The notes: generated by a model from the sequence alone, not told the origin. A stretch of DNA of 64,000 bases from an uncultured Methanosarcinaceae archaeon (GCA_963847185.1 CAWJYV010000008.1:128001-192000); one strand, 5' to 3'. Positions 1 to 11,373 are shown, counted from the stretch's first letter. A program made the numbers and translations.

Positions 1-30
1 AAGGCGGATCAGAAGATCCGTTTCCTCTTC

Positions 31-414
31 TTACTTCTGTTCTTTCAGCCTTTTTATAAAACCTTGAAGTCCTGCTTTATGCCTGGCTTCGTCAAGAGAA
101 GCTCTCTCAAAGAAAAGGGCAGCTCTTGTATTGCCTTCTTTTCTGGCCAGTTCGGCAGCCTGGGCTTTTTCAACTTCGGCTTTGCTTTCCCCTTCCAGCA
201 TCATCTCCAGATTTTCAAGGGTTGATTCTTTAACAAGTCCGAGGATTTCAGCCACTTCGGTAGCATGCCAGGCCTCGTCCATAGCAATCTGGCGGAGGTA
301 AACTGCTACATCAGCAAGCCCTTCTCTCTCGGCAACCTTTGACATTGCAAGATACCATCCAACTTCAGTGGTTTCTCCTCTAAAATTGTCTTTTAAGATC
401 TGTTCAAGACTCAC
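31..414 (-). CDS. Ferritin-like/rubrerythrin-family diiron protein
   Basis: Two E..E..H diiron motifs (DEAWH, DEARH), FRGE N-terminus. GTG start at 414 (VSLEQIL) preferred over ORF start 456. Confidence 0.8.
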   Translation of the reverse strand: MSLEQILKDNFRGETTEVGWYLAMSKVAEREGLADVAVYLRQIAMDEAWHATEVAEILGLVKESTLENLEMMLEGESKAEVEKAQAAELARKEGNTRAALFFERASLDEARHKAGLQGFIKRLKEQK

Positions 415-589
415 AAAATCACCTTTTCTCTTTAAAATCGATTTATATATTAACATAGATTGGATTTAGAAACTAAGATTTGGCTGCATTTACGAGATAC
501 AAAATATGGGTCATGAAGCTCAAAATATCTTCCCAACAACTCAAAACTAATACATTTAAGGATAAATAAGGGTTCTGAACACAAATAGA

Positions 590-650
590 GAAGGTATTTT
601 AAAGGAAAGAAGGTATTTTCAAGGAAAAGAGGATATTTTCAAGGAAGAAG
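590..650. repeat. Imperfect ~20-bp tandem repeat, 3 copies (AAGGTATTTTCAAGGAAAAG)
   Basis: Read directly in the intergenic sequence. Confidence 0.6.
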
Positions 651-735
651 CTTTCAGAAAGTAAAAATTAAAACCAGAAAAGGGATTTATAAGGAAGTCA
701 TTATAAAATGTTATAACATATGGAAAATAATCAAT

Positions 736-931
736 ATGAAAATTTATATTGATGAGAAGAAATGTACAGGCTGTGGAAATGTAAAGCTGCCTGTCCGAAA
801 GGTCCGAGGATTTATTCCATTGAAGAAAAAAATGGGAAAAAGTCTGTATTTTGTAGGACCCTTCATACTTTCTTGGTTGCAGGATGTGCGTAACTGTCTG
901 TATGGAAGGTGCTATTACCCTTGAGAACTGA
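736..931 (+). pseudogene. Disrupted 2x[4Fe-4S] ferredoxin
   Basis: Frame-corrected reading gives MKIYIDEKKCTGCG-KCKAACPKGPRIYSIEEKNGK-VCIL*DPSYFLGCRMCVTVCMEGAITLEN. Two single-A deletions in A-runs, one in-frame TAG, first Cys of second motif replaced by Phe. Confidence 0.7.
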
Positions 932-948
932 TTTTAAAAAACGCAGGA

Positions 949-1716
949 TTGAGAAATTTGTCACTTGATATTCGTATAGTGCTTGTTGAACCCATGTACC
1001 AGGGAAATGTCGGATCAGTAGCAAGAGTTATGAAGAATTTTGGGTATACAGACCTGGTGCTGGTAAACCCCTGCGAACTCGAAGGACAGGCAAGAGCAAT
1101 GGCTTCCCATGCCCGGGATGTGCTTGAAGGAGCAGGGATTGCTTCAACTCTTGAAGAGGCCGTAGAAGGCGCGAATCTACTTGTTGGGACCACAGGAGTT
1201 GGAAGTTTGAAGACCGGAGAACATATCCGCCTTCCTCTTTATACGGCAAGAGACCTTAAAGAGAGACTCAAAGGATACAGCGGAACGGTTGCGATCCTGT
1301 TTGGGCGTGAGGATAATGGTTTTCGAAACGATGAGCTTAAAAGCTTTGATATGCTGATTACAGTTCCAACCTCTGAAGTATATCCTATCATGAATCTTTC
1401 TCATGCAGTTGCAGTGGTACTCTACGAACTTGCTGAATTGGAAGGAGGAAACAATCCGCTTGCAGAGGGATTTGACCTGCAGCTCCTGTATGGGCATCTG
1501 GAGAAATTTCTGGAGAAAATAGATTATCCTCCACACAAAAAAGATAAAACTTTTCTGATGCTGCGGAGGATACTCGGAAGGGCTGGACTGACTCCAAGAG
1601 AGGTTCAGACTTTGCGAGGTATAATAAGGAAAACAGAGAGAAAAATGGGGTACGCGGCAAAAGACTCTGAAAGCTCTGAGACGGAAGACCCGGAAAGCAT
1701 GGAAAAGTTCATATGA
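949..1716 (+). CDS. trmJ: tRNA (C32/U32)-2'-O-methyltransferase, TrmJ/TrmH (SPOUT) family
   Basis: IVLVEP..GNVGSVARVMKNFG, LFGREDNG, MNLSHAV SPOUT motifs. Confidence 0.9.
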   Translation: MRNLSLDIRIVLVEPMYQGNVGSVARVMKNFGYTDLVLVNPCELEGQARAMASHARDVLEGAGIASTLEEAVEGANLLVGTTGVGSLKTGEHIRLPLYTARDLKERLKGYSGTVAILFGREDNGFRNDELKSFDMLITVPTSEVYPIMNLSHAVAVVLYELAELEGGNNPLAEGFDLQLLYGHLEKFLEKIDYPPHKKDKTFLMLRRILGRAGLTPREVQTLRGIIRKTERKMGYAAKDSESSETEDPESMEKFI

Positions 1717-1859
1717 GAATAAGCCTGTAATAGGAGAATAAGTCTGTTCTTATATCAGAATTTATCGTACATTTTTCAACTTTTTTTTGAGTTATTTTAT
1801 GCAAAAATTAGCTTGAAGAAAATAAGAATTTTACATAAAGCCAAATTTTCGAGAATGAT

Positions 1860-3962
1860 ATGACTGAAACAGAAAGCAAGTGGGATGAGAAACTAAAAAA
1901 ATTTTTTAAAGATTATTACTGGAATGAAATTCTCCAGCTTGCAAATGAGTATCCAGATCAGCGAAGTCTTGTAGTGGATTTCACGGATATTGAGAAATTT
2001 GATAGAGAGCTTTCAAAAGAGTTCCTCGAACATCCCGGAGAACTCATAGAAGCAGCTGAAGCTGCACTTAAAGAAATCGACCTTCCTGTGGAAAAGAGTT
2101 TTGAAGAGGCTCATGTAAGGATTATAAAAATTCCCAATAGAATCCCTATAAGAGAGCTGAGAAGCAAGCACCTTGCACGTTTCGTTGCAATTGAAGGCAT
2201 GATCAGAAAGGCTACCGAGGTCAGACCAAGAATCACGAAAGCCGCTTTCAAGTGCCTGAGATGCGGTCACCTGACCATTGTTGAGCAAAATAGTTTCAAA
2301 TTCGAAGAACCTTTTGCAGGGTGTGAAGATGAGACATGCGGGAAGAAAGGGCCTTTTAAGGTCATGATAGAAGACTCTACTTTTATTGATGCTCAGAAAC
2401 TCCAGATTCAGGAATCCCCCGAAAACCTAAAAGGAGGTTCCCAGCCCCAGAGCCTGGAGGTGGATGCTTCAGATGACCTGACAGGAAATGTCACCCCTGG
2501 AGATAGAGTAATAGCTAACGGAATTCTGAAATCCGTCCAGCGTACTCTAAAAGATGGAAAATCTACCTTCTATGACCTTGTACTCGAAGCAAATTCGATT
2601 GAACGCCTTGATAGGGACTTTGACGAACTTGAAATAACTCCTGAAGACGAAGAAAAAATCCTTGAACTTTCCCGTGACCCGGCAATTTACGAAAAAATTG
2701 TTGGTTCTGTTGCTCCTTCAATTTACGGGTATGAGGACATAAAGGAAGCCCTTGCTCTCCAGCTGTTTTCAGGCGTGGTAAAAAATCTTCCTGACGGGGC
2801 AAGAATTAGGGGAGATATCCATATTATGCTTGTAGGAGACCCTGGGATTGCAAAAAGCCAGCTTCTGCGTTATGTGATCAAACTCTCTCCAAGAGGTGTC
2901 TTTACATCAGGGCGGAGTGCATCTGCAAGCGGTTTGACTGCAGCTGCCGTAAAAGACGATCTCAATGACGGGAGATGGACAATAGAAGGTGGAGCTCTTG
3001 TCATGGCAGATATGGGTATTGCTGCAGTTGACGAGATGGACAAGATGAAGACAGAGGATAAGAGTGCTCTACATGAGGCAATGGAGCAGCAAACTATTAG
3101 TATTGCTAAAGCAGGCATAATTGCTACTCTTAAATCTCGTTGCGCCCTTCTGGGGGCTGCAAACCCAAAATACGGGCGCTTTGACCGGTACGAAGGTCTC
3201 GCAGAACAAATAAGCATGCCTCCCGCGCTGCTTTCTCGTTTTGATCTCATCTTTGTTCTATTAGATACCCCTAACCACGCCCTGGACAACAGGATTGCAA
3301 ATCATATCTTACAGTCTCATTATGCAGGAGAACTTTTCGAGCAGAGGCAAAAACTTCCTGGTTCCCATATTACGGAAGATTTTGTTGAAGCTGAACTGGA
3401 AGTTATAGAACCTGTTATAGAAGCCGAACTGATGCGAAAATACGTTGCATATGCCCGGAAAAACGTTTATCCTGTTATGGAAAGCGATGCAAGAGCATAT
3501 CTTATAAACTTCTATACGGATCTTCGAAAAACAGGCGAAGGGAAGAACACACCTGTACCTGTAACGGCAAGGCAGCTTGAAGCACTTGTCCGCCTCTCGG
3601 AAGCAAGCTCAAGAGTCCGCCTGAGCAATATAGTCACGCTCGAAGATGCAAAACGGACTGTAAAAATTGTAATGAATTGCCTGAAAAATGTAGGTGTTGA
3701 TCCTGAAACAGGCGCTCTTGACGCAGATATACTCGCATCTGGTACCAGCATGAGCCAGAGAAACAAGATAAAAGTCCTCAAAGATATAATTAAGAAAGTA
3801 AGTGAAAGGCATCCAGGTGCTAAAGCTCCTCTTGAAGAGGTATATGCTGAAGCTAACGAACAGGGTATAGATAGGACTCATGCAGAAGAGAATATCAGGA
3901 AAATGAAACAGAGAGGAGATCTCCTTTCCCCAGATCAAAGTCATATAAGGCTTGTAAATTAA
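1860..3962 (+). CDS. mcm: Replicative DNA helicase MCM
   Basis: Zn finger, GDPGIAKSQ Walker A, VDEMDKM Walker B, LLSRFD arginine finger, TARQLE. Confidence 0.98.
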   Translation: MTETESKWDEKLKKFFKDYYWNEILQLANEYPDQRSLVVDFTDIEKFDRELSKEFLEHPGELIEAAEAALKEIDLPVEKSFEEAHVRIIKIPNRIPIRELRSKHLARFVAIEGMIRKATEVRPRITKAAFKCLRCGHLTIVEQNSFKFEEPFAGCEDETCGKKGPFKVMIEDSTFIDAQKLQIQESPENLKGGSQPQSLEVDASDDLTGNVTPGDRVIANGILKSVQRTLKDGKSTFYDLVLEANSIERLDRDFDELEITPEDEEKILELSRDPAIYEKIVGSVAPSIYGYEDIKEALALQLFSGVVKNLPDGARIRGDIHIMLVGDPGIAKSQLLRYVIKLSPRGVFTSGRSASASGLTAAAVKDDLNDGRWTIEGGALVMADMGIAAVDEMDKMKTEDKSALHEAMEQQTISIAKAGIIATLKSRCALLGAANPKYGRFDRYEGLAEQISMPPALLSRFDLIFVLLDTPNHALDNRIANHILQSHYAGELFEQRQKLPGSHITEDFVEAELEVIEPVIEAELMRKYVAYARKNVYPVMESDARAYLINFYTDLRKTGEGKNTPVPVTARQLEALVRLSEASSRVRLSNIVTLEDAKRTVKIVMNCLKNVGVDPETGALDADILASGTSMSQRNKIKVLKDIIKKVSERHPGAKAPLEEVYAEANEQGIDRTHAEENIRKMKQRGDLLSPDQSHIRLVN

Positions 3963-4102
3963 ATTAGATTTGAATTAAATGTTTTAATTCTAAAATAAGC
4001 CTGTTTAATTCCCGCGAGTAAAAAATCGCACACATAAAAACTATATGAAGACTGTTAAGCTGTAAATACTAAAAGGGCAAAATATTATCAGGAAGGGAGA
4101 AT

Positions 4103-4393
4103 ATGTATCTAAAAATTTATAAAAATGGAGAGCATGTTCTTGTTGCAGCCTGTGATGAGGAAGTTCTCGGAAAAACCCTGAAGCACGGCAATGCCGTGGT
4201 GGAGATCAGCAGGGGCTTTTATGAAGGAGAAGACGTCTCCGAAGAAGAACTTCAAAAAGCCCTTCAAGGAGCAACTATCGCAAATCTCTTTGGGGAAAAA
4301 ACTATCAAATGCGCTATCAAGTGCAGGCTGATTGATCCGGATTCCGTGATAATTATTGACTGTGTGCCTCATGCCCAGATCTTCAGGATTTAA
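4103..4393 (+). CDS. DUF424 family protein
   Basis: VLVAACDEEVLGK, FYEG, ANLFGEKTI, I..VPHAQ typical of archaeal DUF424. Confidence 0.85.
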   Translation: MYLKIYKNGEHVLVAACDEEVLGKTLKHGNAVVEISRGFYEGEDVSEEELQKALQGATIANLFGEKTIKCAIKCRLIDPDSVIIIDCVPHAQIFRI

Positions 4394-4516
4394 TCCTGGA
4401 CTTTCGGATTAACTCTAAGAAAGTAAAGTAAGGCACAAAAGCCTGGTTTAATGTACCGGGCTGGCTATGAATCTGATAGAATAATATATTTATAAAATAC
4501 AAATACAGATTGTGAT

Positions 4517-5143
4517 ATGGTGAATGGAAATATCGAAGAAGCCGGGATCAGAATGTATACGGAAGGGGAGCTGATCTCCGCAGTTGTGGAAAAACACAGA
4601 CAGTTTCTGGAAGTAGACAGAAAGGAACTGGAAGAGCTGGACAGCAGGCTGAGCCAGGTTGAAGAAGACGTAAAAAACACAAAGAATTCCAGAATCCGAA
4701 TTGCGGAAAGAAAAGAAGTGCTGAAGGAGAAAAGGCAACAATTTTATCACCAGGCAGAAGCACTGCTCGAAAGAGATCCCTTCCCTAAACTGGACCCGAT
4801 AACTGCCAATAAGTTTAAGGAGGAAATTAAAAAACTTAAAGGCCAGATAGAACCCGAAGAAGAGCAAAAGCTTAAAGACTCGTTTATGGAAAATTTGCGA
4901 GAGACTGTTCGGGCTGCAGGGCTTGAAGAAAACATTCTTCTGCAAATTCAGGCCAGAATAGAGGAAGCCAGAAATTCAAATCTGGAACTAAAAGACTTAA
5001 TAGAGTCTGAAAAACAGTTTGAAGTGGATGATGGCAGCAAGGATGAAGAAATTTCTAAAAGTAAATCCCAGCATAAATGGCTCATTACCAAAATTAAAAA
5101 CCATGAAGAAGCCCTTAATTACTGGGGAAAATTGAAAGTATAA
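4517..5143 (+). CDS. Coiled-coil hypothetical protein
   Basis: Long charged helical ORF, co-oriented with the next coiled-coil gene. Confidence 0.7.
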   Translation: MVNGNIEEAGIRMYTEGELISAVVEKHRQFLEVDRKELEELDSRLSQVEEDVKNTKNSRIRIAERKEVLKEKRQQFYHQAEALLERDPFPKLDPITANKFKEEIKKLKGQIEPEEEQKLKDSFMENLRETVRAAGLEENILLQIQARIEEARNSNLELKDLIESEKQFEVDDGSKDEEISKSKSQHKWLITKIKNHEEALNYWGKLKV

Positions 5144-5187
5144 ATCCTTAAATTTAAATTCTTTTTCAAACACGCGGGTGGTAGTAC

Positions 5188-6150
5188 ATGAACAACGACG
5201 TTTCAACTACAGGAATTGCAACGGCCGACCTTTCAAACCTTAACGAACGGGAGCTGAAAGATAAGGTAAACGAGCTCAGGAGCAGAGTAGAGAAGAGTGA
5301 AAGACAGTTGGCTTCGATTTTCAAGGAACTGAAAATAAACAGGACCGATATCGATGAACTGAAAGAAAAGAGAGACTCCCTGAATCAGCATGTTAAGGAA
5401 AAGGTTGCAAAAGCACAGGAATTGAGAGATAAAAGGGACGAGATTAACAGGGCGATTGGTGAGTACAAAGGAAAAAGGAGTGACGTGAATTCCAAAACAC
5501 AGGAGCTGTTTTCAGGGATTGCGGAGCTCAAGGACCAGCGGGATGGGTGCAACAAACTTTCCCATGGAAGTGTGGAATCTCTCTCTAAGGCATATGAAGC
5601 AGAACTGGATTCCTTCCTCAATAAAGATTTGCCTCTCGCAGTTGAGATAAAAATATTTCAGAAATTGAATGATCTCAATAAACGCCTGCAAGCTGCAAAA
5701 AAGGCAAATGAATTACACGCTCAGATCCAGGACAGGTATAAAGAATCAAAAGGAATTCATAAAGAGGGCGATGAGTTCCATGAAAAAATCCAGGTACTTT
5801 CAGATGAGTCTCAGGCCTGCCACCTGGAAATGCTCGAAAATTTCAAATCAGCTGATGAGATCCGAAAAGAAGCAAATATTTATCATGCCCAGCTTACGGA
5901 TAAAATCACAAATATAAATATTATCAAGGAAAAAATTGACCCCCTTAAGAACAGCATTGCTAATTCCCGGAAGGATCTCTCCTTATACCTTGAAAGATTA
6001 AAAGACGTGCAGCTTACTAAAGACGAGAACAAGGTAAACCAGAAACACAGCGATGCCCGCGAAAAGCTCCAGAAAAACGCTCGTCTGAGCCTGGAAGACC
6101 TTAAGCTTCTTATTGAAAAAGGGGACGTGAAATTCTCCACAAACGAGTAA
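5188..6150 (+). CDS. Archaeal coiled-coil protein (COG1340-like)
   Basis: ELKEKRDSLN/RDKRDEIN repeats, C-terminal RLSLEDL. Confidence 0.75.
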   Translation: MNNDVSTTGIATADLSNLNERELKDKVNELRSRVEKSERQLASIFKELKINRTDIDELKEKRDSLNQHVKEKVAKAQELRDKRDEINRAIGEYKGKRSDVNSKTQELFSGIAELKDQRDGCNKLSHGSVESLSKAYEAELDSFLNKDLPLAVEIKIFQKLNDLNKRLQAAKKANELHAQIQDRYKESKGIHKEGDEFHEKIQVLSDESQACHLEMLENFKSADEIRKEANIYHAQLTDKITNINIIKEKIDPLKNSIANSRKDLSLYLERLKDVQLTKDENKVNQKHSDAREKLQKNARLSLEDLKLLIEKGDVKFSTNE

Positions 6151-6457
6151 AAAACTCAAAAACTTAATTGAAGCCGGCGGCAGAAAATTTATTTTTAGCT
6201 ATCTTCGGCTTTTTCAGATTTTGAAATTATATCCCAAATTTGACAGAAGCATATATTGTATAATGTCTAAATGTGCTTCATGCTTCTGTTTTCTTTTTCT
6301 GTTTTCTGTATACAATTCAAAGTTTTGTTTTGTATCTTCTGATTTTTTGACATTTTCCATTTTACAAAAATGTAACATGTCGATGCAACGTGTTTTGTGT
6401 AAGAAAAATACTGTATTGATTAGTAGAATCTGTCAAATTAGGGTTATATCACTAAGT

Positions 6458-7096
6458 TTATTTTCTCTTCATCTTTCCTGCAAAAAGACTTGTAACCAGA
6501 ATTACAGCTCCCAGACTCAGGAGGAAGAAAGGCATACTAAATCCTTCTGCTTGATTTTCTAGTTCCGGAAACTCAGAAGAGGTATTTTCTGAATAATTGT
6601 TGGAAGATCCATTCTGTGTTTGAGGCATAGGGAGTTTGGGATTAAGGTACTGATATACAGGTGAGAACTTGACCAATACACCGTCTGCTCCTTCATATAT
6701 GGTGCTGACAGTGAGATTAAAAACTTCGGTAGAGTTTTGAGTATATACAAACTGAGATCCTTCGGTAGCAATACCATCCTGAAGGGAAATCCCTTCTCTG
6801 CGGAGCTCAAGCCATATCCTTTTTCCATCGATATCCGCACCTTTTACATAAAGTTGATAATCCTGTAAAAAGGTGTGACATTGACCTGACCGTATGTAAA
6901 TGTCGTCTCCATTGATCAGAATAATTTGAAGTTCTTCTTCGCTGTCGGCAGCTAATGCAAATGACATGGAGTAAAAAAGGACTGAACTGAATAAAGCTAC
7001 AAGAAGAAAAAAGGAAAATGCAGAAAGAAAATTTGCTTTCCTATTTTCCTTTTTTCCAGGTTTATCTTGGACGTGCATAAATGCATCTGCCTGCAA
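6458..7096 (-). CDS. Exported S-layer-domain-like protein with C-terminal membrane anchor
   Basis: N-terminal signal peptide; DIDGKRIWLEL resembles Methanosarcina S-layer domain; C-terminal TM helix plus basic tail. Start uncertain. Confidence 0.6.
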   Translation of the reverse strand: MQADAFMHVQDKPGKKENRKANFLSAFSFFLLVALFSSVLFYSMSFALAADSEEELQIILINGDDIYIRSGQCHTFLQDYQLYVKGADIDGKRIWLELRREGISLQDGIATEGSQFVYTQNSTEVFNLTVSTIYEGADGVLVKFSPVYQYLNPKLPMPQTQNGSSNNYSENTSSEFPELENQAEGFSMPFFLLSLGAVILVTSLFAGKMKRK

Positions 7097-8039
7097 TAAT
7101 TTCCTCTTTAGTATTGTCTGCTTTTCTTATTATGAGGGCTCCGTCCGGGGTTACTCCTACAGCTTTGCCTTCTATAATTCTTGAAGGCGTTGTAACTTTT
7201 ACTTCCTTTCCAATAGTATCGGAAAGGGTAAGCCAGTCATTCAGGATATGTGAGAATGGCTGGGTCTTGAAATTTATATACTGCTGCTCAAGTTCGAAGA
7301 GAAAGTCCTGCAGGAACGAAACTCTTTTTATGTGCCTTCCAAGCTCGACTTTCAGAGTTGTAGAACCTGCACGGAAAGAATCGGGAATATCTTTTAAGTC
7401 CATATTTACATTGATTCCTATTCCCAGCACAACATAATCTACTCTGTCTACTTCAGCCTTTGCTTCGGTTAGGATTCCGCAGACTTTCTTTCCGTTGATG
7501 CGGACATCATTCGGCCATTTAATGCGGGCATCAAGTCCCATATCCCTAATGACGTTTGCAACCGCAAGCCCGGCAACAAGAGTAAGCCTGGAAGCGTGCC
7601 TGAGAGGAATTCCAGGTTTAAGGATTACAGACATCCATATGCCGCCATGAGGGGAAACCCATTCCCTGCCCATACGGCCTCTGCCTCCTTTCTGCACTTC
7701 AGCGATTACAAGCGCTCCTTCATCTTCAGAAGCAGCAATATCCTTTGCAATACTGTTTGTAGAGCTTACTTCTTCGAAATAATGAATCTTCTGCCCTAGA
7801 AGAGTTGTTTTGAGTCCCATCTGGATTTCTTCCGGGTACAGGAGTTGAGGCACTGATTTCAGGACGTAACCTCTTTTTGGAGATGATTCTATCTCATAAC
7901 CATCAGCCTGGAGGGACTTGACATACTTCCAGACCATTGTTCTGGAGATCCCTAACTTGAGCCCTAATTCTTCTCCTGAAACAGGGCTTTTCTGTGCATC
8001 CTTAAGTGCTTTGATAATTCGAGACCTTTTATCTCCCAT
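7062..8039 (-). CDS. birA: Bifunctional biotin-protein ligase/repressor
   Basis: N-terminal HTH (SGEELG..LGISRTMVWK), GRGRMGR, KWPND, KVCGIL. Confidence 0.95.
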   Translation of the reverse strand: MGDKRSRIIKALKDAQKSPVSGEELGLKLGISRTMVWKYVKSLQADGYEIESSPKRGYVLKSVPQLLYPEEIQMGLKTTLLGQKIHYFEEVSSTNSIAKDIAASEDEGALVIAEVQKGGRGRMGREWVSPHGGIWMSVILKPGIPLRHASRLTLVAGLAVANVIRDMGLDARIKWPNDVRINGKKVCGILTEAKAEVDRVDYVVLGIGINVNMDLKDIPDSFRAGSTTLKVELGRHIKRVSFLQDFLFELEQQYINFKTQPFSHILNDWLTLSDTIGKEVKVTTPSRIIEGKAVGVTPDGALIIRKADNTKEEIIAGRCIYARPR

Positions 8040-8150
8040 CCGTGCATCCCATACCAGTGTATATGTTCCACAGTATATATTATTTTAGCTTAAACTGTTC
8101 CATGACAAGCTGACCAGAACCTCTGGTCCCTACCCTCAGAATCTCTCACG

Positions 8151-9632
8151 TCACCGCTGAGTTTTCTGGGCCATGCTCACATAGGCATGTACGGCAGCTG
8201 TGATAGCTGCAACCTTCTTGTCTTTTGCTTCCAGTGCTGAAGCCAGAGTAGCCCCTTTTTCTGCATCTGCTTTGACAACCTCTTCAACAGCTTCCAGAAT
8301 ATTATGATCTTCAATAAAAGCAGTTGTAAGATCCCCTTTGCGAAATACAGGGTTGCGCATAACTGCTTTGTGGAAGGGTATATTTGTCTTTACTCCAACG
8401 ACAACGTATTCGTAGAGGGCTCTATCCATCCTGGCAATAGCTACATCTCTTGTCTGTGCCCATACACAAAGTTTGGAGATCATTGAGTCATAATACGGAG
8501 AAATCGTATACCCTGTGTGTACCCCACTGTCAACTCTTACTCCAGGTCCGCCTGCAGACCGATATCTCCTTATCTTTCCGGGAGAAGGAGCGAAGTCGTT
8601 TAGCGGGTCCTCCGCATTAATCCTGCACTCAATAGCATGCCCGTTGATTATTATGTCTTCCTGGCTAAGTTCGAGTTTTTCTCCCCAGGCTATCCTGAGC
8701 TGTTCCCTTACAATATCAATACCCGTAACCATCTCAGTGATTCCATGTTCGACCTGCAAACGAGCATTGACCTCAAGGAAATAGAAATTACCCTTCGAAT
8801 AAAGAAACTCCACTGTTCCTGCGTTCACGTAACCGATAGATTTTGCTACTCTTACAGCGGCTCCTCCCATCTGTGCCCTGAGTTCGGGAGTCATGATAGG
8901 AGAAGGAGCCTCTTCAATAAGCTTCTGGTGTCTTCTCTGGATGGAGCATTCCCTGTCAGAGATATAAAGAGTATTTCCATAGGAGTCGGCAAGGATCTGA
9001 ATCTCTATGTGTCTGGGTTCCTCTACATATTTTTCAATGAAAACCGAAGAGTCTCCAAAAGCCGAACCTGCCATCTGTCTTGTGGAATTAAGTGCAGTAG
9101 CAAGCTCTTCTTTGCAGTGGACTACCTTCATTCCAATTCCCCCGCCTCCTGCAGAAGCTTTTATCAGAACAGGGTAGCCTATATTTTCTGCTATTTTTAG
9201 AGCTTCATCCACATCCTCAACTGCATCCTTAGTACCTGGCACTACAGGTACCCCTGCTTTCATCATGAGGTTCCTGGCTCTGATCTTGCTTCCCATTTCA
9301 GCAATCACATGGCTTGGAGGGCCTATGAAAATGATCCCTTCATCCTCGCAGCGCTTTGCAAAAGCAGGATTTTCTGAAAGGAACCCGTACCCTGGATGAA
9401 TCGCCTCGGCCCCTGTTTTCTTTGCAACCTCAAGGATGGCGTCCATATTCAGGTAGCTCTGGCTGGAAGGAGCAGGGCCTATGAGGTAGGCTTCATCTGC
9501 ATATTTGGCAAAAAGGGCGTTTTTGTCAGCTTCCGAGCAAACAGCTACGGTGGAGATTCCAAGCTCTCGGCAAGCACGCATAACTCTTATTGCAATTTCC
9601 CCGCGGTTTGCAACGAGTACTTTTTTGAACAT
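8151..9632 (-). CDS. pycA: Pyruvate carboxylase subunit A (biotin carboxylase)
   Basis: [34 protein letters not shown]; in an operon with pycB and birA. Confidence 0.95.
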   Translation of the reverse strand: MFKKVLVANRGEIAIRVMRACRELGISTVAVCSEADKNALFAKYADEAYLIGPAPSSQSYLNMDAILEVAKKTGAEAIHPGYGFLSENPAFAKRCEDEGIIFIGPPSHVIAEMGSKIRARNLMMKAGVPVVPGTKDAVEDVDEALKIAENIGYPVLIKASAGGGGIGMKVVHCKEELATALNSTRQMAGSAFGDSSVFIEKYVEEPRHIEIQILADSYGNTLYISDRECSIQRRHQKLIEEAPSPIMTPELRAQMGGAAVRVAKSIGYVNAGTVEFLYSKGNFYFLEVNARLQVEHGITEMVTGIDIVREQLRIAWGEKLELSQEDIIINGHAIECRINAEDPLNDFAPSPGKIRRYRSAGGPGVRVDSGVHTGYTISPYYDSMISKLCVWAQTRDVAIARMDRALYEYVVVGVKTNIPFHKAVMRNPVFRKGDLTTAFIEDHNILEAVEEVVKADAEKGATLASALEAKDKKVAAITAAVHAYVSMAQKTQR

Positions 9633-9651
9633 ATACTTTCCACCCGCTTAT

Positions 9652-11373
9652 TTACTCAATTGACATTATTATGTCACCAGGAGCTAACGTATCCCCTTCG
9701 GCAACAAAGATTTCCTTTACAGTACCTGAATGAGGAGCATGGACAGAGTTTTCCATCTTCATAGCTTCAATGACAGCAACTGTATCTCCTTCGGAAACAA
9801 TGTCCTCAACCTTAACCTTAAGAGAAAGAACCATGCCCTGCATTGAACTGCTAACAGCTCCTTTAACGGACTCAGCAGTCGGCTTTTTGGGGGATGCTTC
9901 GGATATAGAAACTCCGCCGCCTAGAGGTTCGATTTTGACTTCATAGATTTCATCATCTACCTCTACCTTGAAATGAGTTGGAATTGTATATTCCTGCTTG
10001 AACGAAGGGGTAGGGGCAACTACTGCGAGAGCTTCTTCTTCCATTTCTCCTTTCAGGAATTTGGGGGCGATGGCTGGGTAGAGAATATAGGTAAGAATAT
10101 CTTCTTCGGATTTGGCAATGCCCATTTCCTCTGCTTCCTTTTTCCTTTTCTCGTATTCAGGTTTCAGGAGATCTGCAGGACGGCAGTGAATGGGTTCTTC
10201 GTCTCCGATAATCTTGCCTACTATTTCAGGGCTTATAGGAGCAGGAGACCGTCCGTAAAGTCCGCGGACATAATCCTTTACTTCCTTAGGAATGACCTTG
10301 TAGCGTTCGCCCATGAGCACATTGAGAACTGCCTGAGTACCCACTATCTGGCTTGTGGGGGTAACAAGAGGCGGATATCCGAGTTCCTTTCTAACTTTTG
10401 GCATTTCACTTAGAACAGCACGGTACTTGTCAAGAGCATTCTGCTCTTTTAATTGAGAAACCAGATTTGAGAGCATTCCGCCAGGAATCTGGTATATAAG
10501 AACGTTAGTATCGATTTGTTCGGAAATTGGGTCAAGAATCCCTCTGTATTTTTCTTTTAAATCTTTAAAATATGCGACAACTTCCTCTAAAGCTCCAAGA
10601 TCCAGGCCAGTGTCGTAAGGCGTGCCTTTTAGGGCTGCTATAACGGTCTCGGTCGGAGGTTGAGAAGTTCCCCAGGCAAGGGGAGAAAGTGCAGTATCAA
10701 GGATGTCCACTCCTGCTCCACAGGCTGCCATGTAACTCATAGGAGCCATTCCTGAGGTGCAGTGGCAGTGGAGGGAAATAGGAATAGAGATTTCCTTCTT
10801 CATGGCGGTAATTATATCTATAGCTTCATGAGGTGAAAGAAGGCCTGCCATATCCTTGATGCAAAGAGAGTCACACTCAAGCTCTTCAAGCTGTTTTGCA
10901 AGCTCTACATACTTTTCAACTGTATGTACCGGACTTATGGTATAACAAACAGTACCCTGTACATGGGCGCCAAGTTTTTTTGCAACTTTAATAGAGCATT
11001 CCATGTTCCTGATATCGTTTACAGCATCAAAGACCCGGAAAATGTCAATTCCGTTTTCATAAGATTTGGTAACGAACTTCTCAACTACATCATCTGAATA
11101 ATGTCTGTATCCTACAAGGTTCTGGCCCCGGAGTAACATCTGGGTGTAGGTATTGTCCATTTTTTTCTTGATGTCCCTCAGACGATGCCAGGGGTCTTCG
11201 TTCAGGTAACGAATACAGCTGTCAAAGGTTGCGCCTCCCCACATCTCAAGGGAGAAATACCCGATCTGGTCCAATTGTTCAACCACTTCGAGCATGTCTC
11301 TTGTCCGCATTCTTGTTGCCAGGAGGGACTGGTGTGCATCCCGGAGGATGGTTTCAGTAATTTTTACACTCAT
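9652..11373 (-). CDS. pycB: Pyruvate carboxylase subunit B (carboxyltransferase + biotin carrier)
   Basis: LRDAHQSLLATR, WGGATFD, VTPTSQIVG, biotinyl EAMKME. Confidence 0.95.
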   Translation of the reverse strand: MSVKITETILRDAHQSLLATRMRTRDMLEVVEQLDQIGYFSLEMWGGATFDSCIRYLNEDPWHRLRDIKKKMDNTYTQMLLRGQNLVGYRHYSDDVVEKFVTKSYENGIDIFRVFDAVNDIRNMECSIKVAKKLGAHVQGTVCYTISPVHTVEKYVELAKQLEELECDSLCIKDMAGLLSPHEAIDIITAMKKEISIPISLHCHCTSGMAPMSYMAACGAGVDILDTALSPLAWGTSQPPTETVIAALKGTPYDTGLDLGALEEVVAYFKDLKEKYRGILDPISEQIDTNVLIYQIPGGMLSNLVSQLKEQNALDKYRAVLSEMPKVRKELGYPPLVTPTSQIVGTQAVLNVLMGERYKVIPKEVKDYVRGLYGRSPAPISPEIVGKIIGDEEPIHCRPADLLKPEYEKRKKEAEEMGIAKSEEDILTYILYPAIAPKFLKGEMEEEALAVVAPTPSFKQEYTIPTHFKVEVDDEIYEVKIEPLGGGVSISEASPKKPTAESVKGAVSSSMQGMVLSLKVKVEDIVSEGDTVAVIEAMKMENSVHAPHSGTVKEIFVAEGDTLAPGDIIMSIE

